Source: Nanobdellota archaeon
GTDB lineage: Archaea > Nanobdellota > Nanobdellia > SCGC-AAA011-G17 > ARS1403
DNA: 34,226 nucleotides
Assembly: GCA_002688395.1 (NCBI GenBank)
Contig: NZCU01000014.1
Location: forward strand, 1-34,226
Direction of reading: 5' to 3'
This document shows positions 1 to 9,910 of the stretch, piece after piece. A model generated the notes under the pieces. It did not search any database, was not told the origin of the DNA, and saw nothing but the letters and a program-made list of their open reading frames with translations. How positions within the stretch are numbered: the first letter of the stretch is position 1; the number at the start of each line of letters is the position of its first letter. The translations under genes were made by a program, and so were the position numbers.

Positions 1-93
1 GGATTAAAATATACAACACCTGTTTCGATTTATTATCCTGAAAGTAGAGAATATAAAATTGGTAAATTAGTCATAACTGCGGACATAAATTAA
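1..93 (+). CDS. 3' end of a hypothetical protein truncated by the window edge (probably part of the pilin-like cluster)
   Basis: Frame 1 is open from base 1 (GLKYTTPVSIYYPESREYKIGKLVITADIN) to TAA at 91-93, just before the next ATG at 95. Confidence 0.6.
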   Translation, partial: GLKYTTPVSIYYPESREYKIGKLVITADIN

Positions 94-94
94 A

Positions 95-559
95 ATGAAA
101 AAAAGAGGGCAAGCAGAAATATTTGGATTGATTATTATAGTTATTTTATTGATATTTGCTTTGTTATTTTTTGTTAAAACAAGACAAGATGATAGTTCTA
201 ATCTTACTATTAGAAGTAATTTAAGAGCTAATAATTTGTTAAATGCTATTATGAATTATCATGTTGGAGATGATAATATGAAAGAATTATTAAAAGAATG
301 TGTTAAAACTGGAGATCCAACTTCTCCGAAATGTGTTGGTACTAATGGTGTTGAAACAAAATTAATTGGTATTTTTGATAGTGAGGTTTTGTTGGAAGTT
401 GAAAATTATGAATTTAAAGGTTCTAAGGGAGATCTTAATGATCCAGTAAATCCAATAATACATTTACCTGCTAGCCCATGTGATACTGGAATAACTGCAA
501 GTCCTTTTAGATTACCAGGAAGGTATACTTTTGAATTAAAATTATGTTTTAGAGAATAA
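95..559 (+). CDS. Pilin-like protein with class III signal peptide
   Basis: N-terminus MKKRG/QAEIFGLIIIVILL: basic residues, G|Q cleavage site, hydrophobic helix; paired Cys in the soluble domain. Confidence 0.75.
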   Translation: MKKRGQAEIFGLIIIVILLIFALLFFVKTRQDDSSNLTIRSNLRANNLLNAIMNYHVGDDNMKELLKECVKTGDPTSPKCVGTNGVETKLIGIFDSEVLLEVENYEFKGSKGDLNDPVNPIIHLPASPCDTGITASPFRLPGRYTFELKLCFRE

Positions 560-565
560 TTCTTC

Positions 566-606
566 TTACTAAGTAAGTAACTAAGTAACTAAGAAAACTT
601 TATATA
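566..606 (+). promoter_or_regulatory. Tandem (T)AAGTAAC repeats directly upstream of a TATA box; candidate operator/promoter
   Basis: ttactaagtaagtaactaagtaactaag followed by aaaac tttatata, about 25 nt before the ATG at 630. Confidence 0.45.
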
Positions 607-629
607 TCAAAACACATGTTTAAAAATAT

Positions 630-755
630 ATGAAAAAGTACCTTCTTTTGATAGAGGATGAGAAATTATGGGTGAAATTTAAATCTGCTATTGATAAAGA
701 CCTTAATACCGAAATTATAGATCTTATTAAGAAGAAGGTAAGAGGGAGTAAATGA
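630..755 (+). CDS. Small (41 aa) putative ribbon-helix-helix DNA-binding protein, not in the ORF track
   Basis: MKKYLLLIEDEKLWVKFKSAIDKDLNTEIIDLIKKKVRGSK*; strand-helix-helix pattern, TATA at leaderless spacing, ATGA overlap with the gene at 752. Confidence 0.6.
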   Translation: MKKYLLLIEDEKLWVKFKSAIDKDLNTEIIDLIKKKVRGSK

Positions 756-2707
756 ATAATAAAGGCCAAGTTACAATATTTATTATTTTAGGAATTATAA
801 TTGTAATAGCTGCTTTAACTGCTAGTTTCTTGAGGGATCAATCTCTTACAGATATAGTACAAGGAATTGCTTTTAGAAGTGTTGTTGTACCTGAACAAGC
901 TCAAGGTGTTGTTAATTATGTAAATAATTGTATAGAAGATATTACTAAAGAAGGTATAGATATTATGGGGTTACAAGGAGGATATATAACAATTCCTAGA
1001 GAAATAGATGTTAATCCTAGAGCTTATTTACCTTTTACTGATAATATAAAAATTCCTTATTGGATATATGGTCAAAATATTAGAAATATTCCAGATATAA
1101 ATGATATGGAAAGAGATTTAGAGAATTTTATTGAGACTAGATTTGATGAGGATTGTGGGTTGGGAGTTTATGATGATCTTGGTTATGATGTTCCTAGTGG
1201 AAGTATAAGTGTGGATGTTGTAATTGGAGTAGAAACTGTGGATGTACGTTTAAGTTCTGGATTAAAAGTTGGTATAAAAGAAGATGAATATAATTTAGAT
1301 GAGTTTATTTTTGTTTCTTTATCAAGTAGGCTTAGTGAATTTTATGAGATGGCTATTGAGATTGTTAATAGAGAGACTAGAAGTATTGATGGGAAAGTCG
1401 CTCCTTTAGAATTTAATACTATGAATATGATTGCTTTATGGTCAAGAGATGAAGATGTAATTCCTTCCATTTCTAAATTTGATTTTAGTTGTAAACCTGC
1501 TACTTATTTTTTAACTGATGTTGCTAATGAGTTATCTAGAAGAATAAGTGATATGACTTCTCGTTTACAAATTGATGGAACTAATTTACAAACATTTGAT
1601 GATGCATTTTATGATAGTATGTTGATGGAGGATGTTTTTACTAGAGATCATGGTGATGTAGATTTACAATTTAATTTCTATGAAGGATGGCCATTTCTTT
1701 TAGATATTACTCCGAGGAATGGGCCTATATTGAAATCTAGTGTTTTGAAAATTGGTTTACCTTTATTACCTAAAATCTGTTTCAATAGTCATGATTTTAG
1801 ATATGATTTAGTTTATCCTGTTACTATTGATTTAGAAGCAGATGGGGAATTATTTAGATTCCCAATTGAAATTTTTATAGATAGTAATTATGGTAGGAGA
1901 AATTTATTTGGAAGAGAAACTAGATTACACACTCCTAGTAAATTTTGTGAAGAAACTCAAAAAATAAGTGAAGAAATTGTTGTGAAGGCTTTTGATAATT
2001 CTGATGGAGAAGAATTAGAAGATGTTAGAGTATTGTATACATGTGGATTAAATGAGTGTGTAATGGGGAATATTGGAGAGAATGATTTAGGAGTACTTGA
2101 ATATAGAAGTAGATTCCCTAATTGTGTTGGTGGAGAAGTGCAGTTAACAAAAGAAGGATATGGTATTTTTAGAGAGAGTTTGGATACTTTAGAATCTGGA
2201 GCACAAAGTATTTCTGCTGTAATGGAACCATTTAGAGAATTAAAGTTGGATTTTAATGTTGTTGAATTGGATAGTAATGATGGGATATTGGGAAATAGAG
2301 ATGTGAAATCAAGTGAGAATGTTATTTTACAATTAAATAGAATAAATGAAGATTTTGGTGGATTTGATGAAACTATTGTTATTAATTTTAATTATTTAGA
2401 TGATGTTAGTTTATCTTTAGTACCTGGAAGATATAATGTTGTTATTGATTTAGTTTTAACTGAGGAAACTTTGTTACAAGGACAAAATATTAATGGATTA
2501 GATGTTGAGTCTCAAACTGTTGATAATTTAGTTTTAGGTCATGCTGAATTTGAACATGATATAACTAATGGAGATTTATTAAATGAAAATATTAAATTTA
2601 ATATATTTGGAATCCAACCTTTATTGGTTGAAGATATTTTAAGAGGATATGAGATGAGTGAAATAGTTGAAAGAAATAGAGAGGTGCTAGATCTTGAGTT
2701 CAGCTAA
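752..2707 (+). CDS. Large surface protein with class III (pilin-like) signal peptide
   Basis: MNNKG/QVTIFIILGIIIVI N-terminus; acidic, Cys-paired extracellular region. Confidence 0.75.
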   Translation: MNNKGQVTIFIILGIIIVIAALTASFLRDQSLTDIVQGIAFRSVVVPEQAQGVVNYVNNCIEDITKEGIDIMGLQGGYITIPREIDVNPRAYLPFTDNIKIPYWIYGQNIRNIPDINDMERDLENFIETRFDEDCGLGVYDDLGYDVPSGSISVDVVIGVETVDVRLSSGLKVGIKEDEYNLDEFIFVSLSSRLSEFYEMAIEIVNRETRSIDGKVAPLEFNTMNMIALWSRDEDVIPSISKFDFSCKPATYFLTDVANELSRRISDMTSRLQIDGTNLQTFDDAFYDSMLMEDVFTRDHGDVDLQFNFYEGWPFLLDITPRNGPILKSSVLKIGLPLLPKICFNSHDFRYDLVYPVTIDLEADGELFRFPIEIFIDSNYGRRNLFGRETRLHTPSKFCEETQKISEEIVVKAFDNSDGEELEDVRVLYTCGLNECVMGNIGENDLGVLEYRSRFPNCVGGEVQLTKEGYGIFRESLDTLESGAQSISAVMEPFRELKLDFNVVELDSNDGILGNRDVKSSENVILQLNRINEDFGGFDETIVINFNYLDDVSLSLVPGRYNVVIDLVLTEETLLQGQNINGLDVESQTVDNLVLGHAEFEHDITNGDLLNENIKFNIFGIQPLLVEDILRGYEMSEIVERNREVLDLEFS

Positions 2708-5700
2708 AAAATTATTAATATTAATTTTACTTGTAATGATTTTGCCCATTGTTCATTCTCAATCTTCTGACTCTGTTATTAGTGGAAGTACTGCTGGAGG
2801 TACAGCAGATGCTTTTGCTGGATCTGCTTATGATAATGATGGAGATGGAGTTTGTAATGAAGGTAGAGATTTTTATAGAGATAGAAATATTAATTCATTT
2901 GATACTGGTTGTACTATTCCTGCTGTAAGAGATTTTTGTCCTGGCACACCTTCTGATGAAACTGCACATAGAAGTGGAGATAGGGCTGGATGTAGTGACA
3001 ATCAATTAACTGGATTTCAAAATTATTGGACTCTTAAAATAGAAAAAGATAAGATAAGACCTAAAACTGTTAAAACTAATTGGTTAGTTGATCAAAGACA
3101 AGGAATTAGAGTTTATCAACCCATTACTTTCCTTCAAAATGATGCTTTCTTAAATGATGATGAAAAAATAAATTATAGAGGTGTTAGTGTTAGATGTGAT
3201 AGTGGAAGAGGTGTTGTGAGAACTGAAGGTCTTAGAGATGTTGAAACTTCTGATGTTGATTTTAGTAGAGAAACAGGTGGTGGGAGAGTAGATGTTAGTT
3301 CTGCTAGGACTGGAGTTGTTTATATTGAAGAGAGCTATGGAAGTGTTTCTGTTTCTGATATTAATAGAACTGATTTAAATGCTGATTTGGTTATAAGATT
3401 GAGGCAACAAGCTGAAGAATTAGTAAGACCTAAAGATGTTAGAAATTATAGAGGGGATTTTGGTATTGATGAAATTGAATTTGAATGTACTGCTACAATT
3501 AATCAATGTAGAACAAGAATAGAAGTAGTAGATGGACAAAGAGTTGAGCAAGAAGGATGTAGTCCTATTTTTCCTCCTGAAACAGATGAATTTTTACTTG
3601 TTGTTCCATTAGATAGTGTAGCGATACAAGCACCTGAAGTATTTTTAGATGCAGGAATTGCTACAGCAACAGCAATTCTTAGTGTTACGAATGATGTAAA
3701 ACCTAAGTTAAGAGATTTATATGGATTTCTTAGAAATAATTGCTTAAGAGCTATTGGTATTGTTTTCACAAGTAAACTTTTTAGTGTTGTTCCTGGTGCA
3801 AATGAACTTGCTGATTTTATTTGGTTTGGACCTAAAAAATTACAAAACCTTGGGATATTTTATGAAGGTAGTTTTATTGTAAGTGGGAGATCTATGTGTG
3901 CTGCTACTGCTTGTCCTAGAGATTGGTGTAGACCTTTGAATTGGCATCCTGGTGGAAAAGAGAGTGGGAGTAAAAGCTTAGCTGATCTTACTTCAACTTA
4001 TAATGATAAAGGTGAAGTTGTAAGCACACAACCTATTCAGAATAGTTTAATATTAAGTACTGCTTGTGGATGTGTTAGTGGTATTTTGGCTAAAGTTTAT
4101 GAGATAGAAGCTATTGCAATAAATTGGAGAACTTGTATGCTTAGAGCGAAAGATTCTAATGAATTTATAGGGGAATGTGATAGATATCTTAAGGAAGGAA
4201 TATGTGAATTTGTTATTAGAGAGGTTGGCACTTTTGATAATTTTGATTTAGGATTGTTTAGTAGATTTAAAGATAAAGGAGGAGGAGGAGAAACTACAGA
4301 CCCACTTATAGAAGCAACTCAAGCTAAAGGTGCATTGGATAGACCTAAAGGTGCTTTTGGAGATGCAATTAGTAAAGGAAAGAAAAAATCAGAAGATTTT
4401 GCAAAAGATGAACTTGAAGTTATTGGTAGTTCTGGTGCTAAAGGTATTTTAGGATATAAGGATCATGCTTTGGCTAGAACATTTTGTTCTTTAGCTGTCT
4501 ATAAAGAGCTACCTGATTTGAGTACGTTACAATCTTATGATTTGAATAGGATAAGTATAGAGAGTACTACTACTTCTAATTGGGATATTAAAGAAGCTTA
4601 CAAAGGAGAAGGAGGAAGAAGTGTTTGGGGATATGAGATTAGTTGGATGATTGTTGCTGGTAAGGAAAATTTAAGATATAATGTTTATTTAGAAAGTGCT
4701 GGAGGTGCTAGAAGACAATTACATACAGATGTTTTACCTAATGTTGGAGATTTTGATTCTGACTTTGTTGAAATTACAGATAGTATTGAATATACAAATC
4801 TTTGCTTTGATTTGAGAGGAGATGCAAGAAGAATAAGATGTTTCCCTGCTGGAAGTGGTAGTCAAGGAGGATTATTAGAAGAATTTGGATTTGGTGGAGG
4901 GATTAATGATAGAGATAAAGATAGATTACCTGATGAATGGGAAGTTAGATTTAATTGTGATTCAAGTAGGACTAAATTTAATACTCCTGAAGATGAAAGA
5001 GCTTGTAAAGAATTATTATCTAATAGTGTGGATAATAGATTAGACCCTGATAATGACAATACAGATGGTGATAATACTAATGATGGAAGTGAAGATCCGG
5101 ATAATGACGGAATTAATAACTATCAAGAATATAGGACTAATGGCCATCCTAATGTTGCTTCTAGAACTGTAGATGGTAGCACTGTTCAGAGTAGTTGTAG
5201 GGCAGGATTTGATGATTTTGAAATTATTGGAGGGGATAATATTCCAAATATAAATTCTATATCTAAGAAATTTATTCCTGGTGAGACTTTAAGTGTTAGA
5301 TTAAATAATGTTAATATTGGAGAAGGGAATACTGTTAGTGAAAGAGATATTAAAGTTAGAGTGGATGTTAAAGGACCAAGATTATTTTCACTTGATCAAT
5401 TTGTAGATATCCCATTTAATCAAGCTTCTGTTAATAATAATCCTATTTGGAATATTCCTACTGGAAGAAATGCGCCTGATACTGAAGTTTATGAAGTAGT
5501 AGTTCAATTAGTTGTTCCTGGGAAATTTAACCTTAGAGAAGATGCATGTGTGGATTCGGGAGGAGTGTTAGCTGAAAAAACTAAGAAAATAATAATTTAT
5601 AATCCAAATAGTGGTAGTTGTATAGATAGTGATGAAGGGGTTAAGTTTAATGTTGCTGGTGCTTGTGTAGATAATACAGGAGTAGTTAGAGGAGATTCTT

Positions 5701-6308
5701 GCAATGGAAATGATCAAGTAAATGATTTCTTCTGTAATGGAAATAATATTTGTACTGTTAGAACTGGTAGTTGTAGTGGAGGTAATGTATGTAGGAATGG
5801 CGCTTGTGTTTCAGTAGTTGCTCAAAGCGTAAGTAGTGTAAGTAGTTCTGATGGTGGGGATACAACTGATGCTTCTATTTTAGATCAACAATTGGCAGCT
5901 GAGGATGAGATTGTGGTAGAGGAAATAGAACCTCTTCTTTTTGAATCGGAATTAGGAGACACTTTGTTAGTAGAACCAAGAGAATTGAGTGGTCTTTTAG
6001 ATTTGTCTTCTTCTGATTTTGTATCTTCTGCTGTGTCTGATAGAGAAGTTGCAGAAATGGAAATTACAACATATCTTAGTTGTCCTACACAAGATATTGT
6101 TTTCTTTTTAACAAAAGAAAGATCTGAGTCTGTTATGGACTTTATTGGTTTTAGGTGGAGAGGTGATGCTTGGTATATGAGTGTTTTGTATTTAAACGAC
6201 CGAGGAGAAGCTCTAGCATGCAATTCTAGAACTTCATTCGGAGGTTTAGTTAGCGAAGAAGCACATATTAGAGCAAGAGAGCTATGTTCATGTGGAGAAC
6301 CGAGATAA
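2694..6308 (+). CDS. Large secreted Cys-rich protein with Ca-binding (TSP3-like DxDxDG) motifs
   Basis: Signal peptide; GAGGTG RBS before the TTG start; DNDGDG, DRDKDRLPDEWE, DTDGD-like and DPDNDGINNYQEY motifs; Cys-rich C-terminal module. Confidence 0.7.
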   Translation: MSSAKKLLILILLVMILPIVHSQSSDSVISGSTAGGTADAFAGSAYDNDGDGVCNEGRDFYRDRNINSFDTGCTIPAVRDFCPGTPSDETAHRSGDRAGCSDNQLTGFQNYWTLKIEKDKIRPKTVKTNWLVDQRQGIRVYQPITFLQNDAFLNDDEKINYRGVSVRCDSGRGVVRTEGLRDVETSDVDFSRETGGGRVDVSSARTGVVYIEESYGSVSVSDINRTDLNADLVIRLRQQAEELVRPKDVRNYRGDFGIDEIEFECTATINQCRTRIEVVDGQRVEQEGCSPIFPPETDEFLLVVPLDSVAIQAPEVFLDAGIATATAILSVTNDVKPKLRDLYGFLRNNCLRAIGIVFTSKLFSVVPGANELADFIWFGPKKLQNLGIFYEGSFIVSGRSMCAATACPRDWCRPLNWHPGGKESGSKSLADLTSTYNDKGEVVSTQPIQNSLILSTACGCVSGILAKVYEIEAIAINWRTCMLRAKDSNEFIGECDRYLKEGICEFVIREVGTFDNFDLGLFSRFKDKGGGGETTDPLIEATQAKGALDRPKGAFGDAISKGKKKSEDFAKDELEVIGSSGAKGILGYKDHALARTFCSLAVYKELPDLSTLQSYDLNRISIESTTTSNWDIKEAYKGEGGRSVWGYEISWMIVAGKENLRYNVYLESAGGARRQLHTDVLPNVGDFDSDFVEITDSIEYTNLCFDLRGDARRIRCFPAGSGSQGGLLEEFGFGGGINDRDKDRLPDEWEVRFNCDSSRTKFNTPEDERACKELLSNSVDNRLDPDNDNTDGDNTNDGSEDPDNDGINNYQEYRTNGHPNVASRTVDGSTVQSSCRAGFDDFEIIGGDNIPNINSISKKFIPGETLSVRLNNVNIGEGNTVSERDIKVRVDVKGPRLFSLDQFVDIPFNQASVNNNPIWNIPTGRNAPDTEVYEVVVQLVVPGKFNLREDACVDSGGVLAEKTKKIIIYNPNSGSCIDSDEGVKFNVAGACVDNTGVVRGDSCNGNDQVNDFFCNGNNICTVRTGSCSGGNVCRNGACVSVVAQSVSSVSSSDGGDTTDASILDQQLAAEDEIVVEEIEPLLFESELGDTLLVEPRELSGLLDLSSSDFVSSAVSDREVAEMEITTYLSCPTQDIVFFLTKERSESVMDFIGFRWRGDAWYMSVLYLNDRGEALACNSRTSFGGLVSEEAHIRARELCSCGEPR

Positions 6309-7111
6309 TGGAGCTTTTTAAGAAGAGTTTTAGTTTGTTAATTAATAATAAACAAAAAGTTTTTACTAGTGTAGGTGTTGATTTTATATTTTATATTTTA
6401 GTTTTGTTATCTGGATTTTATTTTTTTAATAAATTTTCTGAAAAGTTTGAAATAATAAATAATAATATTAGTAGTGTTGTTTTGGCTGATGAAGAACTTT
6501 CACAAGGAGCTTTACTTAAATTAAATGCTGTCTCTACTGCTTTGACAGATATGTTGTTAATTGTTATTGGTTATTTTATTTTAGTTTTAATTTTATGGGG
6601 GATCTTTAATGGTGCTGTTTGGTTAATATGTAAAAATATTATTAAAAATAAGAAACCTTTTGATGGTTTTGATATAACTTTTTTATCAAGATATTATATA
6701 TTAAGTTTATTTTGGTTTTTGATAACTGGAATTCTTTTCTTTTCTTTTTATAATTATAATTCTTATGTTTTATCTTTGGGAAATATTGGAATTTTAATTG
6801 TTAATTTACCAATTTTATTAATATTATATTTTGGAACTATTTCTTTTTCTTTGTTTTTTGTAAATGGAAAAACTATTAAATCTTTTACGAATTGTTTTAA
6901 ATTAGGATTAAGTAAAGTTTCTTTTTTAATTGCTTTTGTTTTATTTATTTTAATATTTTATTTTTCTGAATTTATTTTATTATCTTTAGGGAAGTTAATA
7001 AATTCTAATGTTTTTTCTATTTTAGGTATTATTGCTTTCTTGTTAATTATGGTTTGGTTTAGAGTTTATTTATTATTACTTGTAGAAAAATATGCGGGAG
7101 ACAGGATTTGA
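6308..7111 (+). CDS. Polytopic membrane protein, unknown function
   Basis: About 6 hydrophobic segments; likely start at ATG 6308 overlapping the upstream stop (TAATG); 3' end overlaps tRNA-Leu antisense. Confidence 0.7.
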   Translation: MELFKKSFSLLINNKQKVFTSVGVDFIFYILVLLSGFYFFNKFSEKFEIINNNISSVVLADEELSQGALLKLNAVSTALTDMLLIVIGYFILVLILWGIFNGAVWLICKNIIKNKKPFDGFDITFLSRYYILSLFWFLITGILFFSFYNYNSYVLSLGNIGILIVNLPILLILYFGTISFSLFFVNGKTIKSFTNCFKLGLSKVSFLIAFVLFILIFYFSEFILLSLGKLINSNVFSILGIIAFLLIMVWFRVYLLLLVEKYAGDRI

Positions 7112-7218
7112 ACCTGCGTAGGCACTAAGCCATCAGGTGTCTTACAGAAACGTCCTAAGCTTAGTCTTCTAAAATACAATTTTAGAATCTGACCCGTTTT
7201 CCGCTCCGGCACTCCCGC
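7093..7218 (-). tRNA. tRNA-Leu(TAG) with two BHB introns (30/31 at 7161-7188; 37/38 at 7139-7153)
   Basis: Acceptor GCGGGAG/CTCCCGC-A, T arm GCAGG-TTCAAAT-CCTGT, long variable arm; removing both introns gives anticodon arm TCAGG-CT-TAG-GA-CCTGA. Confidence 0.9.
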
Positions 7219-7284
7219 TTAATAGAAGAAGAGATGAAGGTAATTTAAAAAAGTTTTTATATCATATTCAATTACATAAACAAT

Positions 7285-7548
7285 ATGGGTGCTTTAACAG
7301 AGATATTGGAGTTGTTAATAGGTTTTATTGTTCTTCCTAGGATTGTTCTTTTTGGTTGGATACTATTTGCTGCTTATTTTAATTTAAGCAGTCTTCTAAT
7401 AACTCTTGTAGCCCAAATTTTGATTCTTTTTGTCCTTGCACGTCTTTTCTTTAATTTTAGAAGACTTATTGCTTATGGATTGATAATTGCAGGATTGGGG
7501 AGTGTAGTAGATTTTTTAATTAGTCTCCTTGGATTTAGTTTAGTTTAA
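7285..7548 (+). CDS. Small membrane protein (about 3 TM)
   Basis: 87 aa, almost entirely hydrophobic; TATA-like tttttata ~25 nt upstream. Confidence 0.65.
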   Translation: MGALTEILELLIGFIVLPRIVLFGWILFAAYFNLSSLLITLVAQILILFVLARLFFNFRRLIAYGLIIAGLGSVVDFLISLLGFSLV

Positions 7549-7582
7549 TTATTTTCTTTTAGAGTATTAAAGTATATACTAG

Positions 7583-7638
7583 AAAATATATATTACATTC
7601 AAATGACATACTTGCCAAGGGTGCGTGAGGCTTATAAA
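7583..7638 (+). repeat. Dispersed nuclease-associated upstream element, copy A
   Basis: aaaatatatattacattcaaat-GACATACTTGCCAagggtgCGTGAGg-cttataaa; related copies at 13827, 16621, 19529, 30579. Confidence 0.85.
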
Positions 7639-7664
7639 CAAAAACCCTTTATAATTATTGTGTT

Positions 7665-9041
7665 ATGGACCAAATTATGGAGATATCAAGGGGAGATTTT
7701 TGGAAATATGAGAAGCCTCTATTTATTTTAAAAAAGAGGATTTGGGGAGGTGGTTACTTTTACTTTCCTAGAAAACTTGCTAGAGAATTACGTTTGGATC
7801 GAGATTGTGTGCTGTTATTTAGGATAGCTTCTGCTAAATCTTTATTTTGCTTGAGTAAAATTTCTGAAGTAAGAAAAGATTATGTTTTAAAGATAAGTTC
7901 TGATATTCTTAAAAACTTGAGAATTAAAACATCTAGTTTGCTTAAATTAGAGTTCTTACAAATTAAGAAAAGAGGTGATAAACCAAAACTTCACATTATG
8001 AAGAATCATATTGATGTTATTAGGTATATTCCAGGAGGTAATGAATTTGTTTGTTTTAAAAGACCAGGGAATTGGGTTACTGTTTATTATCTAAAAGGAA
8101 GGAGTTCTTCTAATTTGACAATAAGAAGATTTGTTAAATTAAATCAGATATTTCTTTGGAATATTGGTTTTTATTTGGCAGAAGGTGAAAAAGCTACGAA
8201 TTATAGATTTGGATCATCTAATGCTGAAATAGATTTAATTAAATTGTTTAGAGATTGTGGAGAGAAATGTTTTGGTTTAAGTAGAAATGATTGGTATGCA
8301 GAACTGAGATTAAAGTATGGTAATGAAGTAGCTGTTAAACACTGGATTGATAATCTTGGTCTAAATAAAGATAAAGTTAATGTTAGAATTGTTAAAAATA
8401 AACCTCCTGAAACTGAATTTGGAAATTTATCTTTGGTTTTTTATAATAGGATTTTAGGGGAAATTAACAAAAATATTATTTATGATTTAAAATTTATAAG
8501 GAATTTGAGTAGAGTGGAGAAATTGTACATTCTTCGTGGACTTGAAGCTGGAGATGGTACCGTACTAAAAAATGGTTGCTTAGAAATGGGTATAACCTGT
8601 CAGAAAAAAGAAATGGAGATTGTGAAGTATTTACTTTCTTCTGTTTGTTCTAAAGATCCATTTATAAGAGAATATTGGACTTGTGATAAGGTTTGGTTTG
8701 TTTTCCATAGAGGTATTGAAATGGCTAAAGAATACATCTTAGATGGACATTTTTTGGAGCATACTAACAGACGGAAAAGACTATTAAATTTGTATAAATA
8801 TTATAAATTTAAGGAACTTTTTTGTTTATGTTTGTTATTGAATAGAAAAAATACTGTCTGGGATTTAACTAAAAATATGGACCTTACATATCCTGCAATA
8901 AATGTAAGATTGAAAAATTTAACAAAAGATGGTTTTATAATTAACAAGAAAGATAAACTCTTTAAAAATAATAGGTCCTATGATATTAGAAGGTTTTATT
9001 TAACTAATAAAGGAAAAGAGTATCTTAATCATTTTCTTTAA
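7665..9041 (+). CDS. Free-standing LAGLIDADG endonuclease-like protein with N-terminal AbrB-like repeats and C-terminal winged helix
   Basis: Motifs WNIGFYLAEG and YILRGLEAGDG; C-terminal TVWDLTKNMDLTYPAINVRLKNLTKDGFI...FYLTNKG (wHTH); no intein splicing termini. Confidence 0.8.
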   Translation: MDQIMEISRGDFWKYEKPLFILKKRIWGGGYFYFPRKLARELRLDRDCVLLFRIASAKSLFCLSKISEVRKDYVLKISSDILKNLRIKTSSLLKLEFLQIKKRGDKPKLHIMKNHIDVIRYIPGGNEFVCFKRPGNWVTVYYLKGRSSSNLTIRRFVKLNQIFLWNIGFYLAEGEKATNYRFGSSNAEIDLIKLFRDCGEKCFGLSRNDWYAELRLKYGNEVAVKHWIDNLGLNKDKVNVRIVKNKPPETEFGNLSLVFYNRILGEINKNIIYDLKFIRNLSRVEKLYILRGLEAGDGTVLKNGCLEMGITCQKKEMEIVKYLLSSVCSKDPFIREYWTCDKVWFVFHRGIEMAKEYILDGHFLEHTNRRKRLLNLYKYYKFKELFCLCLLLNRKNTVWDLTKNMDLTYPAINVRLKNLTKDGFIINKKDKLFKNNRSYDIRRFYLTNKGKEYLNHFL

Positions 9042-9042
9042 A

Positions 9043-9225
9043 TTATTTCTTTTTAGAAGTATTTCTCTTGTTCCATTTGTACTTTCTAAGTTTAGACGAT
9101 TTCCCATAACCGCATGAACTGCATCTTTTTTTTCTGATATGATAGGATCGCTCCCCACACCTATGGCATCGCAAATGAGTTTTCTTTCCTGATTTTTTAC
9201 CCATAGAGGGTGTTCCTTTGGTCAT
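9043..9225 (-). CDS. rpl37e: 50S ribosomal protein L37e
   Basis: [10 protein letters not shown]...[14 protein letters not shown]...CSSCGYG. Confidence 0.97.
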   Translation of the reverse strand: MTKGTPSMGKKSGKKTHLRCHRCGERSYHIRKKRCSSCGYGKSSKLRKYKWNKRNTSKKK

Positions 9226-9226
9226 T

Positions 9227-9454
9227 TTATTCTGATGGAGATATTAGAATTATTGTGTCTCCTCTTATGAATAGGGTTCCAAGTTTTCGTACCATTTGTC
9301 CATCACTATGTTCTTCTGCGTCTTCTAGGACAGTATTTATATGTACGTCAAAAGCTTTTAGTTTTCCAATTATTTGTTTTCCGTTCTTAAGTTCTAAGAT
9401 TACTTTTTTGTCTCTTGCACTATTTAATGTGTCTAAAGGTCTTAATGCTTCCAT
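9227..9454 (-). CDS. Sm-like archaeal protein (Lsm/SmAP1)
   Basis: RPLDTL...[19 protein letters not shown]...FIRGDTI (Sm1/Sm2 motifs); conserved Sm-L37e pairing; start placed at ATG 9454. Confidence 0.95.
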   Translation of the reverse strand: MEALRPLDTLNSARDKKVILELKNGKQIIGKLKAFDVHINTVLEDAEEHSDGQMVRKLGTLFIRGDTIILISPSE

Positions 9455-9529
9455 ATTTTTAGCCCCCTTGATATAGATTCTTAAAAAACAAAAGTATATA
9501 AATGTTTTTTTTATCATAATAAATATAAA

Positions 9530-9910
9530 ATGTCAATATCACAATATAGACCAAAAAGGAAAGTTACTGGTGGAATTTATATTAACTTTAGAAAGAAAAG
9601 AAAATTTGAGTTAGGTAGTGAAGCGAATAATACTAGAGTTGGTGGATTAAAGAAGAAAAGTATTAGAGTTTTAGGTGGAAATAGGAAAAGTTTTTTGTTA
9701 ACATCTGATATTGCTAATGTTTTTGATGGAAAAAAGTATAGTAAATCTAAAATAAAGGCAGTTTTAGAAAATAGTGCTAATAGACATTTTGTAAGAAGAA
9801 ATATTATTACAAAAGGGGCTATTATTGACACAGAATTGGGGAAAGCTAAGGTTGTTTCAAGGCCTGGGCAAGAAAGTGTCATAAATGCAGTATTATTAAA
9901 GAAAGAGTAA
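9530..9910 (+). CDS. rps8e: 30S ribosomal protein S8e
   Basis: RKVTGG...KRKFELG...RVLGGNRK...RRNIITKGAIIDTELGKAKVVSRPGQ. Confidence 0.97.
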   Translation: MSISQYRPKRKVTGGIYINFRKKRKFELGSEANNTRVGGLKKKSIRVLGGNRKSFLLTSDIANVFDGKKYSKSKIKAVLENSANRHFVRRNIITKGAIIDTELGKAKVVSRPGQESVINAVLLKKE

